DNA of 64,000 nucleotides, from positions 11,064-75,063 of the forward strand of contig JAKSOS010000001.1 in assembly GCA_024405475.1 (NCBI GenBank), in the 5' to 3' direction. Positions 8,906-17,672 of the stretch are shown one piece after another. Both the position numbers and the translations under genes were made by a program. The stretch comes from Clostridia bacterium. Lineage in GTDB: Bacteria > Bacillota > Clostridia > Christensenellales > Borkfalkiaceae. Under the pieces are notes generated by a model. The model made no database searches. It was not told where the DNA came from and worked only from the letters and a program-made list of their open reading frames with translations. Every line of letters begins with the position of its first letter. The first letter of the stretch is position 1.

Positions 8906-10516
8906 CTAAATATTTTTTTGTTTCGTGTAGTTTGGCAATAATTTAGGTGATACTAAATCTGTCTTTATATTTGCTTTTGCTAATTCGTTTTCAAAATCTT
9001 TAACATGAGATAAAGTCAAGTCCTTTAATACCGTATTTTTAGCAGCCTTTGCAGATTCTTTACCGGCGTTTCTTCCGAATACTATAATATCTAATAACGA
9101 ATTGCCCATAAGTCTGTTTCTACCGTGAATACCTCCAACGGCTTCACCTGCTACGAATAAGTTTTTAATACCCGTCATACCGTTTGTAGAAATTTCCAAA
9201 CCGCCGTTTTGATAGTGAAGTGTCGGATAAACCAAAATAGGAACTTTTCTAATATCAATATCGTATTTAGCGAACATTCTGTACATTGCAGGAATTCTCT
9301 TTAATATCGTCCCTTCGCCACCTATCATTTCAATCATAGGAGTATCAAGCCATACTGCTTTGCCGTTGCCTGTTTCAACACCTTCGTCTCTATCAGAACA
9401 TTCTCTTATAATACCGGAAGCGTTTACGTCACGTGTTTCTAACGGATGAATATAAGCAACGCCATCACGGTTGACTAATTGTGCGCCGAGCGAACGAACC
9501 TTTTCAGTAACTAATGCACCTAATATTTGTTCAGGGAAAGCAGCTCCGTTCGGGTGATATCGGAACGTTTCCGGATATAAAAGTTTAGCACCTGCCCTAT
9601 AGCCTAAAACTAATCCGTCTGCCGTTGCACCGTAGTGATTAGACGTAGGGAAACCTTGATAGTGCATTCTTCCTGCACCGCCAGTTGCAATAACGACGCA
9701 TTTTGCTCTTGCAATCAAAATATCTTTCGTTTCCATATTGAGTAAAACTGCACCTGCAATCTTACCTTCGGTATCTTTAATAAGTTCAATGGCTGCGGTA
9801 AAATCTACGACTTTAATGCCACGATTTAATACTTCATCACGAAGCGTTCTCATTATTTCTGCGCCCGAATAGTCTTTACAAGCGTGCATACGCTTTCTGC
9901 TTGTACCACCACCGTGCGTTGTAATCATATTTCCGTTTTCGTCTTTATCAAATTCAACACCGAGATTAGATAACCATGCAATCGCTTCAGGTGCTTCGCT
10001 AACTAACTTTTTAACAAGTTCCGGACGATTTGCAAAATGTCCGCCACCCATAACGTCTAAATAGTGAATCGCAGGTGAATCGTTTGGCTTATCTGCGGCT
10101 TGGATACCACCTTCTGCCATCATAGAGTTAGCATCACCCATGCGGAGTTTAGTAACTACCATAACTTCTGCGCCTGCTTCGTTTGCTTCAATAGCGGCAG
10201 AGGCACCTGCGCCACCGCCACCTATAACTAAAACGTCAACGTCGTAATCGGGTTTTGTTAAATCTAAATCAAGGTTTGCTACTCTTGAGTGTGCTTGCAA
10301 CATATCGGCAAGTTCGTGTGGAACTTTCTCGCCCTTGTTTACACCTATTTTAAGATTTTCAAAACTCTCTTCTTTATAGTCAGGGTGATATTGCTTTAAA
10401 ATTGCGTCCTTTTCATCTGCACCCATTCTCTTTATATTATCTTTATTGTTGAATCTTTCTTGACGGGTTTGTTCAACCTTTTTAAGAGATTCAAGGATTT
10501 TTGAATCTGTATACAT
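8906..10516 (-). CDS. Fumarate reductase/succinate dehydrogenase-type flavoprotein (non-covalent FAD type) with N-terminal extension
   Basis: FAD dinucleotide fold VLVIGGGGAGASAA begins only at about aa 95. Frd/Sdh substrate blocks are present: YHPNG (HPTG), TEKVRSLG (catalytic Arg), HYQNGG and GRNRLMGNSLLD. Adjacent to an SdhB-like Fe-S subunit. Confidence 0.75.
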   Translation of the reverse strand: MYTDSKILESLKKVEQTRQERFNNKDNIKRMGADEKDAILKQYHPDYKEESFENLKIGVNKGEKVPHELADMLQAHSRVANLDLDLTKPDYDVDVLVIGGGGAGASAAIEANEAGAEVMVVTKLRMGDANSMMAEGGIQAADKPNDSPAIHYLDVMGGGHFANRPELVKKLVSEAPEAIAWLSNLGVEFDKDENGNMITTHGGGTSRKRMHACKDYSGAEIMRTLRDEVLNRGIKVVDFTAAIELIKDTEGKIAGAVLLNMETKDILIARAKCVVIATGGAGRMHYQGFPTSNHYGATADGLVLGYRAGAKLLYPETFRYHPNGAAFPEQILGALVTEKVRSLGAQLVNRDGVAYIHPLETRDVNASGIIRECSDRDEGVETGNGKAVWLDTPMIEMIGGEGTILKRIPAMYRMFAKYDIDIRKVPILVYPTLHYQNGGLEISTNGMTGIKNLFVAGEAVGGIHGRNRLMGNSLLDIIVFGRNAGKESAKAAKNTVLKDLTLSHVKDFENELAKANIKTDLVSPKLLPNYTKQKNI

Positions 10517-10530
10517 TTTTCCTATCTCCC

Positions 10531-11202
10531 CTATTTTTCAATTTCTCTATTGTTATATAGTTCTTTTAATTCTTCTATAGGTTTATTCATAACTTGTTCA
10601 AGTAAGCTTTCAAACTTGCCTTCTTTAATCTCATTAACTCTTTCTTTTAAGTGTTCGCAAGCAGGGGCTATATATTTACCATAAAGTCTTCTTGATAACA
10701 TTGCAACTTGTGGATGAGAAATACCTGCAGGACAACGTGATGAACAAATACCACACATTACGCAGTCAAAAGATTCTTCTGCGCACTTGTCGTATTCTCC
10801 CCTTTGTGCATATGCGATATATTGCATAACGTTTAAACTTTGTGGGCAAGCTTTAGTACAAGCATTGCAACCGATACAAGAATAAATTTCAGGATATAAT
10901 TGCATCATTATCATTTGATCGGGTTTGATTTTTTCTATATCGTAAACTTGTTTTACTAATGGGAAAAACGGAAGCGTTGCAATATACATTCCGTCTTCAA
11001 CCTTAGTTTGACAAGCAAGACAAGTTTTTAATTCCGGATTGCCTTTGATTCTGTAAATCGTTGCGCACGCACCACAAAATCCGTTTCTGCAACCGCAACC
11101 ACGAACTAATTGATAACCGCTGTATTCCATAGCTTTCATAATAGTAAGTTCTGCTGGAACTGTGTATTTTTTACCAAATAAAAATATATCTACGGTGTTC
11201 AT
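10531..11202 (-). CDS. SdhB/FrdB-like iron-sulfur subunit (2Fe-2S plus two CxxCxxCxxxCP motifs)
   Basis: N-terminal plant-type 2Fe-2S pattern CGCRNGFCGAC...C, then CIGCNACTKACP and CVMCGICSSRCP. Confidence 0.75.
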   Translation of the reverse strand: MNTVDIFLFGKKYTVPAELTIMKAMEYSGYQLVRGCGCRNGFCGACATIYRIKGNPELKTCLACQTKVEDGMYIATLPFFPLVKQVYDIEKIKPDQMIMMQLYPEIYSCIGCNACTKACPQSLNVMQYIAYAQRGEYDKCAEESFDCVMCGICSSRCPAGISHPQVAMLSRRLYGKYIAPACEHLKERVNEIKEGKFESLLEQVMNKPIEELKELYNNREIEK

Positions 11203-11224
11203 AAAATAACTCCTAAAAAATTTC

Positions 11225-12058
11225 TTAATATTCGTCAGGCAATTCGTCTAATTCCGTCATGCAAAAAACCGGACCGTCTTTACAAACGTATTTGCCACCA
11301 ACGTTACATCTTCCGCATTTGCCTATTCCGCATTTCATACGAAGTTCTAACGTCGTATAAATATTCTTCTTTTCAAAACCTAATTCAAGTAATCCTTGGA
11401 GAGTAAACTTAATCATGATAGGCGGACCACACAAAACTGCCGTGTACGTGTTCGGAATATTTACTTCCTTAACGTAATTCGGTACGAATCCTACGTGTCC
11501 CGTCCAACCTTCTTGCTCACGGTCTATCGTAAGATAAACGTCAAAGTCTTTTTCTTTTTGCCACTCGTCTATAATTTCTTTATAGTCAACTAAATCGTCT
11601 GCACTTCTGCTTCCGTAAACGATAGCAACTTTTCCGTAATCCTTTCTGTTATCTCTTATATAATTGATTACTGAACGAAGTGGTGCTAATCCGATACCAC
11701 CGGCTATAAAAAGCATATCTTTTCCCTTAAATACGGTATCTACGGGAAAACATCTGCCGTAAGGTCCACGAACGGTGATTTGTTGACCAACTTCAAACGA
11801 GTGCAACATTTCGGTTACACAACCACACTTCTTAATTGAAAATTCTACGTATTCCGTTTGTGTAGGCGAACTCGTAATTGAAAACAACGCTTCTCCAACC
11901 CCAGGGATACTCAACATAGCACATTGACCGGGCTTGTGAATAAACGGTTTCTTTCCGTCTAACGCAACTACTCTAAACGTCTTTACGTCCGGCGTATCTT
12001 TACGAATATCCGTTATAACGCATACTTGAGGAATCAATGCTTCAAATTCTTTTTCCAT
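11225..12058 (-). CDS. flxA: FlxA-like NAD(P)H-binding FAD/[2Fe-2S] oxidoreductase (PyrK/AsrB/sulfhydrogenase-gamma family)
   Basis: FNR-like fold with the NAD-binding block MLFIAGGIGLAPL and the C-terminal 2Fe-2S motif CGIGKCGRCNVGGKYVCKDGPVF. Confidence 0.75.
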   Translation of the reverse strand: MEKEFEALIPQVCVITDIRKDTPDVKTFRVVALDGKKPFIHKPGQCAMLSIPGVGEALFSITSSPTQTEYVEFSIKKCGCVTEMLHSFEVGQQITVRGPYGRCFPVDTVFKGKDMLFIAGGIGLAPLRSVINYIRDNRKDYGKVAIVYGSRSADDLVDYKEIIDEWQKEKDFDVYLTIDREQEGWTGHVGFVPNYVKEVNIPNTYTAVLCGPPIMIKFTLQGLLELGFEKKNIYTTLELRMKCGIGKCGRCNVGGKYVCKDGPVFCMTELDELPDEY

Positions 12059-13083
12059 TATTTCTTTTCACCCCCAAACGCTTTAATAACTTTAACTATA
12101 TTTAAGTGCGAAGGGCACTTTTTAACACATCTGCCACAACCTACGCAAGAATATAAACCGTCGTTGTTTTCGGGATAATAAACGAGTTTGTGCATAAATC
12201 TTTGACGGAACCTTTGCATTTGCGTCGGTCTCGGTTGACCGCCTGCAGTCTTTGTAAAATCTTTATACATACAAGAGTCCCAACATCTGAATCTCATTAT
12301 CTTATCGTTAGCGTTAAACTCTCTTATATCAAAACATTGACAGGTTGGACAAACAAACGTACAAGTTCCACAACCGAGGCAAGCCTCCGAAAGTTTACTC
12401 CATTTGTCAGACTTAAACGTATCTAACATTTCGTCTTTGGAAAGTGCATTTACGTCTATATTTGAAAATGGCAATTTGCTTATCGTTTCGGTTATTTCTT
12501 GCTTTGCTTTTTCAACTGTCTTTTCGTCGCCTTCGGTAAATAAATCTTTAATCTTTTCGGTTAAGTCTTTACCCTTTTGAGTGTTCGCTTTCCAGAAAAG
12601 TTTATCGCCGACTTTCCACGTAGTTATATCGCCTAACGGAGAAGATGCGTCTATATTAAACGCTTTGCAAAAACAACTTTCTTCAGGTCTATCGCAAGCG
12701 AGCGTTATAATAATACCTGCTTCTCTTTTAGTTTTATAATACGTATCAATAGGGTCAACTAAAAACACTCTGTCTAAAACTTCAAAAGCCTTATAGTCGC
12801 AAGCTTTAACGCCCATAACTACAAAAGGTTGTGCTTCCTTTCTCGTATCAATTATTTCAATCTTTTGACCGTCAACTTTAAACTTCATCAAGTCTTCGGT
12901 TTGTGGAAAAAACATATCCTTTGGAGACTTGTTCGTCTTTAACGTAAAGAGTGAAACTTCTGCGCCGTTAGAATACTTATCGTAATTAACTTCGTTGGCT
13001 TTCTTTATAGGTAAAACTAACGGATATAAACTTGCTATTTTTTCATAAAGCAAAGGTAAAGATGAAATATCAATTTTAAGCAT
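12058..13083 (-). CDS. flxB: FlxB-like iron-sulfur protein (AsrA/sulfhydrogenase-beta family)
   Basis: 341 aa with C-terminal CLGCGTCTFVCPTC and CVGCGRCVKKCP motifs. 1-nt shared stop/start with both neighbours. Confidence 0.65.
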   Translation of the reverse strand: MLKIDISSLPLLYEKIASLYPLVLPIKKANEVNYDKYSNGAEVSLFTLKTNKSPKDMFFPQTEDLMKFKVDGQKIEIIDTRKEAQPFVVMGVKACDYKAFEVLDRVFLVDPIDTYYKTKREAGIIITLACDRPEESCFCKAFNIDASSPLGDITTWKVGDKLFWKANTQKGKDLTEKIKDLFTEGDEKTVEKAKQEITETISKLPFSNIDVNALSKDEMLDTFKSDKWSKLSEACLGCGTCTFVCPTCQCFDIREFNANDKIMRFRCWDSCMYKDFTKTAGGQPRPTQMQRFRQRFMHKLVYYPENNDGLYSCVGCGRCVKKCPSHLNIVKVIKAFGGEKK

Positions 13084-14057
13084 TACTTTTTACCCCCTAC
13101 AACAGTATTCGCTTCAACGTCGTCCTTTTTAAAATCTACTATAGGATTTAACGGAGTTACTGTTTCGCCTGCTTGATATTCCCCATAGTTTGTATTCATA
13201 TCTTTTATTATCTTTCTATTGATTAAGTGGAGTGGTATTCCTTGTGGACATACTCTTGAACACTCACCGCAATCGGTGCATCTGCCTGCCACGTGGAAAG
13301 CACGAATTATATGATAAAGTTTTTCTTCAAAACTGTCTGCATTTGCCTTGCCTGCAATTCCCGACTTGTTATTGTCAAATACGCAGTTTGTACAAGTACA
13401 AGCAGGGCAAACGTTTCTGCAAGCATTACAACGAATACATTTAGATAATTCCGCTTGCCAGAAAGCAAACCTTTCTTCTTCGGTCATACTTTCAAGTTTT
13501 TCTACGATATCAAAACGCTTTTCCTTATTGTCTTTCATTTCGTTTAAGACAATCTTTTCATCAAATACTACTAACTTCTTACTCTTACAAGTTTCGCACT
13601 TTACTGAAAATACTTCGTCTTTTTTAACGGTTTTATCGCCGTATATCGTTTTTATCTTTAATTCGGAATCCGTTTCTTCAATATCTAAAATACCGTCTAT
13701 ACCCTTTGCATAAACTTTATTGATATCTAATTTACCTTGGCACTCTATACCAACTACGTAAACTTTTTCTCTGTTTATTCTGTGTTCCGAAAGAAGTTGA
13801 TTAAAACTGTATGTATCACAAGGCTTTAAGAAAACCAAAACCTTGCCTTCTTTTTTCGTTTCTTCTACTAAAAACTTTGATAAGTTTGCACCGCAAAAAG
13901 CGTTATACGTAAACCCATCAAAACTTTCCTTAAAAATTGCGGGTGAAACGTCAAAATAAGATTCGCCTTTTTTCCATGCTAAAACTCTGTCAACTTCTCC
14001 GCTTGCTATTTTCTTTAAAGCAAGTTCTTGCATTAAGGATTCTAATTTTTCTTGCAT
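13083..14057 (-). CDS. flxC: FlxC-like iron-sulfur protein
   Basis: 324 aa with CIRCNACRNVCPACTC and CTDCGECSRVCP motifs. The N-terminal half is paralogous in layout to flxB. Confidence 0.6.
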   Translation of the reverse strand: MQEKLESLMQELALKKIASGEVDRVLAWKKGESYFDVSPAIFKESFDGFTYNAFCGANLSKFLVEETKKEGKVLVFLKPCDTYSFNQLLSEHRINREKVYVVGIECQGKLDINKVYAKGIDGILDIEETDSELKIKTIYGDKTVKKDEVFSVKCETCKSKKLVVFDEKIVLNEMKDNKEKRFDIVEKLESMTEEERFAFWQAELSKCIRCNACRNVCPACTCTNCVFDNNKSGIAGKANADSFEEKLYHIIRAFHVAGRCTDCGECSRVCPQGIPLHLINRKIIKDMNTNYGEYQAGETVTPLNPIVDFKKDDVEANTVVGGKK

Positions 14058-14488
14058 CTTAAATCCTCCAACCTACGATTTTCTCCGAGAGAACAAATTG
14101 TCTTTGCAAAATCGTTCATAACGAGAGAAAACTTTTGACCTTCTGCGGCAGATACCCACTCTATTCTCGTTCTTTCTTTTTCAATACCGAAATAGTTTAG
14201 AAGCGAAAACAAAATGCCCATTCTTCTTCTCGTATGAAAATTACCCGTAGAATAATGGCAATCTCCGGGATGGCAACCGCATAGAATAACTCCGTCTGCT
14301 CCCCTTTGGAAAGCCTTTAATATAAATATAGGATTAACTCTACAAGAGCAAGGAACTCTGATAATCTTTACGTTTGCAGGGTAAGATAATCTTGACGAAC
14401 CTGCAAGGTCTGCACCGGCATAAGAACACCAGTTGCAACAAAAAGCAACTATCAAGGGTTTATGTTCTTTCTTTTCTATCTCTTGCAT
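14042..14488 (-). CDS. mvhD: MvhD/FlxD-type [2Fe-2S] electron-transfer protein
   Basis: 148 aa with the hallmark FCCNWCSY...RVPCSCRV...ILCGCHPGDCHY pattern. Overlaps hdrA by 13 nt and flxC by 16 nt. Confidence 0.85.
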   Translation of the reverse strand: MQEIEKKEHKPLIVAFCCNWCSYAGADLAGSSRLSYPANVKIIRVPCSCRVNPIFILKAFQRGADGVILCGCHPGDCHYSTGNFHTRRRMGILFSLLNYFGIEKERTRIEWVSAAEGQKFSLVMNDFAKTICSLGENRRLEDLRCKKN

Positions 14489-16467
14489 ATTGCTTCTATC
14501 TCCTTATTGATTTGTTCAAAACTGAATCCGTGAATATCCATTGCTCCCGACGGACAAGTAACTGTACAAGCGCCACAACCTTGACATACTGCAGGATTAA
14601 CGCAAGCAACACGCCTTTTCTCCGTTTTGCCACCACCGATTCTGAATTCTTTTTCTTCATAAGTGATTGCACCGTACGGACAAACTTGTTCACATTGACT
14701 ACAACCGATACAAGTATTCTCATCACAATGAGATACACAAGGATTGCCTTTTAATTTATCTTTTGCTAAAAGTCCTATAACTTTTGACGCTGCTGCCGAT
14801 GCTTGAGAAACGGTTTCAGGTACGTCTTTAGGTCCTTGACAAACACCTGCAAGGAATACGCCTGCCGTTGCACATTCAACCGGCTTTAACTTTGCGTGCG
14901 CCTCAGTTAAGAAATTGTTTGTATCTATACTTATCGTAAGTTTCGTCGCTATATCTCTTACTGAAGGGTCGGGTTCTATGGCAGTTGCTAAAACTACTAA
15001 ATCAGAAGGAATAGTAATTTGTTCGTTATCTAATAAATTACTTCCTTGAACCATCAACTTGCCGTTTTCGTTATAAACTTTACCAACCATACCTTTAATA
15101 TAATCTACGTTATATTGTTCTACTGCTCTGCGATAAAATTCGTCGTAATTTTTACCGGGAGTTCTTACGTCTATATAGAATACGTGTACTTCGGTATCAG
15201 GATATTTTTCACGAATAAGCATTGCGTGTTTTGCAGTGTACATACAGCAAATCTTACTGCAATACGGTTTTCCGCAACCTGAAACATCTCTTGAACCGAC
15301 ACATTGAATAAACGTTATAACTTTAGGGTGAGTTAAATCACTTGGACGAAGCAACGTGCCTTTTGTCGGACCTGCTGCGTTCATAAGTCTTTCTAATTCC
15401 AAAGAAGTGATAACGTCTTTATTATCTGCATAACCGTACTCGTTAAAATTATCAAGTTTTATAGGTCTGAAACCTGTTGCAACTACTATAGCGCCGTATT
15501 CTCTTTCAACGATTTCGTCTTTTTGAGTATAATCAATAGCACCTGCGCCACATTTCATTTGACAAAGACCGCACTTGCCAGTCTTTAATTTTAAGCATTG
15601 TTCAGGGTCAATTACCGCAACGTTTGGAATTGCTTGTGCAAACGGAATATATATAGCAGGTCTGTTATTTAAATCCATATTGAATTCGTTAAGTCCCTTT
15701 TTAGAAGGGCAGTTTGCCATACATACGCCACAGCCTGTACATTTCTTTTCATCAACGTATCTTGCTTTCTTTCTGATTTTAACCTTAAAGTTTCCGACGA
15801 AGCCTTTTACTTCTTCAATTTCGGAATAAGTAAACATATTGATTTTCTCATTTTGAGCACAATCAACCATTTTAGGCGTTAAGATACAAGCCGCACAGTC
15901 AAGCGTTGGGAACGTCTTATCAAGTTGAGCCATTCTGCCACCGATAGTCGGTCTTTTTTCAACGATATCAACTTCGTATCCTGCATCTGCAATATCTAAC
16001 GCTGCTTGAATACCTGCAATACCGCCACCTATTATAAGTGCACGCTTTGTTACGCCTGTTTCACCTGCGATAAGAGGCTTGTTTAAGGTCAATTTTGCAA
16101 TAGCCGTTCTTGCTAAAACAATAGCCTTTTCGGTTGCTTCTTCTATATCTTTATGTATCCAACTGCATTGTTCACGAATATTTGCAATTTCAACTAAATA
16201 CGGATTTAAGCCGGCTTCTTCCGCCGTCTTTCTGAAAGTTGCTTCGTGCATTCTCGGAGAACAAGAACATACAACAACGCCGGTAAGTTTATTTTCCCTA
16301 ATGGCAGTTTTTATGAGTTGTTGTCCATTTTCAGAACACATATATTGATAATTTTGAGCAAACACTACGTACGGTTCTTTTTTAACCGCTTCGGTCACTC
16401 TCTCTACATCTACCGTTGCTGCAATATTAGTACCGCAATGGCAAATAAAAACACCAATCCTTTGCAT
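14476..16467 (-). CDS. hdrA: Heterodisulfide reductase subunit A-like flavoprotein (bifurcating FAD subunit)
   Basis: 663 aa. N-terminal Cys-rich domain (FICHCGTN...VVCSCSPR), FAD fold ALIIGGGIAGIQAALD, an inserted ferredoxin motif CTGCGVCMANCP and C-terminal CIGCSQCEQVCP/CQGCGACTVTCP. Confidence 0.9.
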   Translation of the reverse strand: MQRIGVFICHCGTNIAATVDVERVTEAVKKEPYVVFAQNYQYMCSENGQQLIKTAIRENKLTGVVVCSCSPRMHEATFRKTAEEAGLNPYLVEIANIREQCSWIHKDIEEATEKAIVLARTAIAKLTLNKPLIAGETGVTKRALIIGGGIAGIQAALDIADAGYEVDIVEKRPTIGGRMAQLDKTFPTLDCAACILTPKMVDCAQNEKINMFTYSEIEEVKGFVGNFKVKIRKKARYVDEKKCTGCGVCMANCPSKKGLNEFNMDLNNRPAIYIPFAQAIPNVAVIDPEQCLKLKTGKCGLCQMKCGAGAIDYTQKDEIVEREYGAIVVATGFRPIKLDNFNEYGYADNKDVITSLELERLMNAAGPTKGTLLRPSDLTHPKVITFIQCVGSRDVSGCGKPYCSKICCMYTAKHAMLIREKYPDTEVHVFYIDVRTPGKNYDEFYRRAVEQYNVDYIKGMVGKVYNENGKLMVQGSNLLDNEQITIPSDLVVLATAIEPDPSVRDIATKLTISIDTNNFLTEAHAKLKPVECATAGVFLAGVCQGPKDVPETVSQASAAASKVIGLLAKDKLKGNPCVSHCDENTCIGCSQCEQVCPYGAITYEEKEFRIGGGKTEKRRVACVNPAVCQGCGACTVTCPSGAMDIHGFSFEQINKEIEAICKR

Positions 16468-16483
16468 AATATTTTCCTTTCAA

Positions 16484-16870
16484 TTATTTTTTGTATTTTC
16501 TGAAAGCCGAAACAAGTAATTGTTGTGGCAATAATTCTTCTACGATAGGTGGAATATCGTTTGCACTTATTCCATCTTTTCCTTGCATTCTCGCAACCGT
16601 ATCTCTTACGGCTTCAATAACGTTTGCAGGCGCTACTCCCCTTGGACAACGCTCTACACAAGCCATACAAGACAAACAGTTCCATATAGCCTTTGAATTT
16701 AATAGCTTATCTAACTTTCCTTGCGCTAAATAACTAACAAATTGATGAGGCTTTATATCCATTTCAGTAAAAGCAGGGCATCTTCCCGAACACTTACCGC
16801 ATTTCATACATTTTTTAACATCAGTTCCCGAAATTCTATTGATGTTTTCTAATTCGTTTTTATTAACCAT
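16484..16870 (-). CDS. hdrC: Heterodisulfide reductase subunit C-like (2x[4Fe-4S])
   Basis: 128 aa with CMKCGKCSGRCP and CLSCMACVERCP. Positioned between hdrB and hdrA. Confidence 0.8.
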   Translation of the reverse strand: MVNKNELENINRISGTDVKKCMKCGKCSGRCPAFTEMDIKPHQFVSYLAQGKLDKLLNSKAIWNCLSCMACVERCPRGVAPANVIEAVRDTVARMQGKDGISANDIPPIVEELLPQQLLVSAFRKYKK

Positions 16871-16874
16871 CTCG

Positions 16875-17654
16875 CTATTCCTTTACACCCAACGCTTCGG
16901 CTAAAACTTCGGTTATATATTTAACTTCTATTTCTCCGTTTGCTACCTTTTTTAAATTGTAATAACAAAGCGGACAAGCCGTTACGATTACTTCTATACC
17001 GAAACTCTTTGCGTTTTTAATTACGTTTTTACTCTTTTGTTCGGCAAGATCCGGATTCTTAATCTTTACGTAAGCGCCACAGCATTCGTTCCTGAACGGA
17101 TACTTTATAGGCGTACCACCTATTGCGCTGATAAAATCTTCTAAGACTTTTGGATTTTCGGGATTATCAAAAGCCATAACGCTACTTGGTCTAAGCAATA
17201 AACAACCGTAATATGCACCCACCTTTTTGTTAAGTGGATTTTTTACCGCTTGCTTGATTTTATCAAAACCTACCATATCTCTTAACATCTCTATATAATG
17301 AATAACTTTCGTTTCTCCGTTATAAGGTTCGTCAAGTTTCATATAGTTGTTTGCTTTGCTGTTTATCTCTTTATCGTTCGCCATGTCGTCATTAACTCTT
17401 TTAATAACGTTATGACAAGCCGAACACAAAGTCAAAAGCATACCGCCGTTATGCTTTGCATAGTCTAATGCACGAACGGCTGAAAGCTTTGTCGCAATTT
17501 CGTCTTTAGCAATGGGATAAACACCACCGCAACATTGCCAGTCTTTTATTTCTTCCATTTCTACGCCGAGCGCTTTTGCCGAAGCCCTTGCATATTTATC
17601 AAGTTCAACGGCTTGAGTTTTTAACGTACAGCCTGGAAAATAATTGATTTTCAT
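16875..17654 (-). CDS. hdrB: Heterodisulfide reductase subunit B-like, two CCG domains
   Basis: Two complete C-X31-CC-X34-CxxC motifs: PGC...WQCCGG...CSACHN and YGC...NECCGA...CPLCYY. Confidence 0.85.
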   Translation of the reverse strand: MKINYFPGCTLKTQAVELDKYARASAKALGVEMEEIKDWQCCGGVYPIAKDEIATKLSAVRALDYAKHNGGMLLTLCSACHNVIKRVNDDMANDKEINSKANNYMKLDEPYNGETKVIHYIEMLRDMVGFDKIKQAVKNPLNKKVGAYYGCLLLRPSSVMAFDNPENPKVLEDFISAIGGTPIKYPFRNECCGAYVKIKNPDLAEQKSKNVIKNAKSFGIEVIVTACPLCYYNLKKVANGEIEVKYITEVLAEALGVKE

Positions 17655-17672
17655 ATAAATACCTTTTTTAGA

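Noticed and set aside
11225-13083. Reading flxA/flxB as anaerobic sulfite reductase asrB/asrA or as sulfhydrogenase gamma/beta
   Set aside because: There is no siroheme subunit (asrC) and no [NiFe]-hydrogenase large or small subunit. The genes are instead fused by overlaps to mvhD and hdrABC, which is the Flx-Hdr arrangement.
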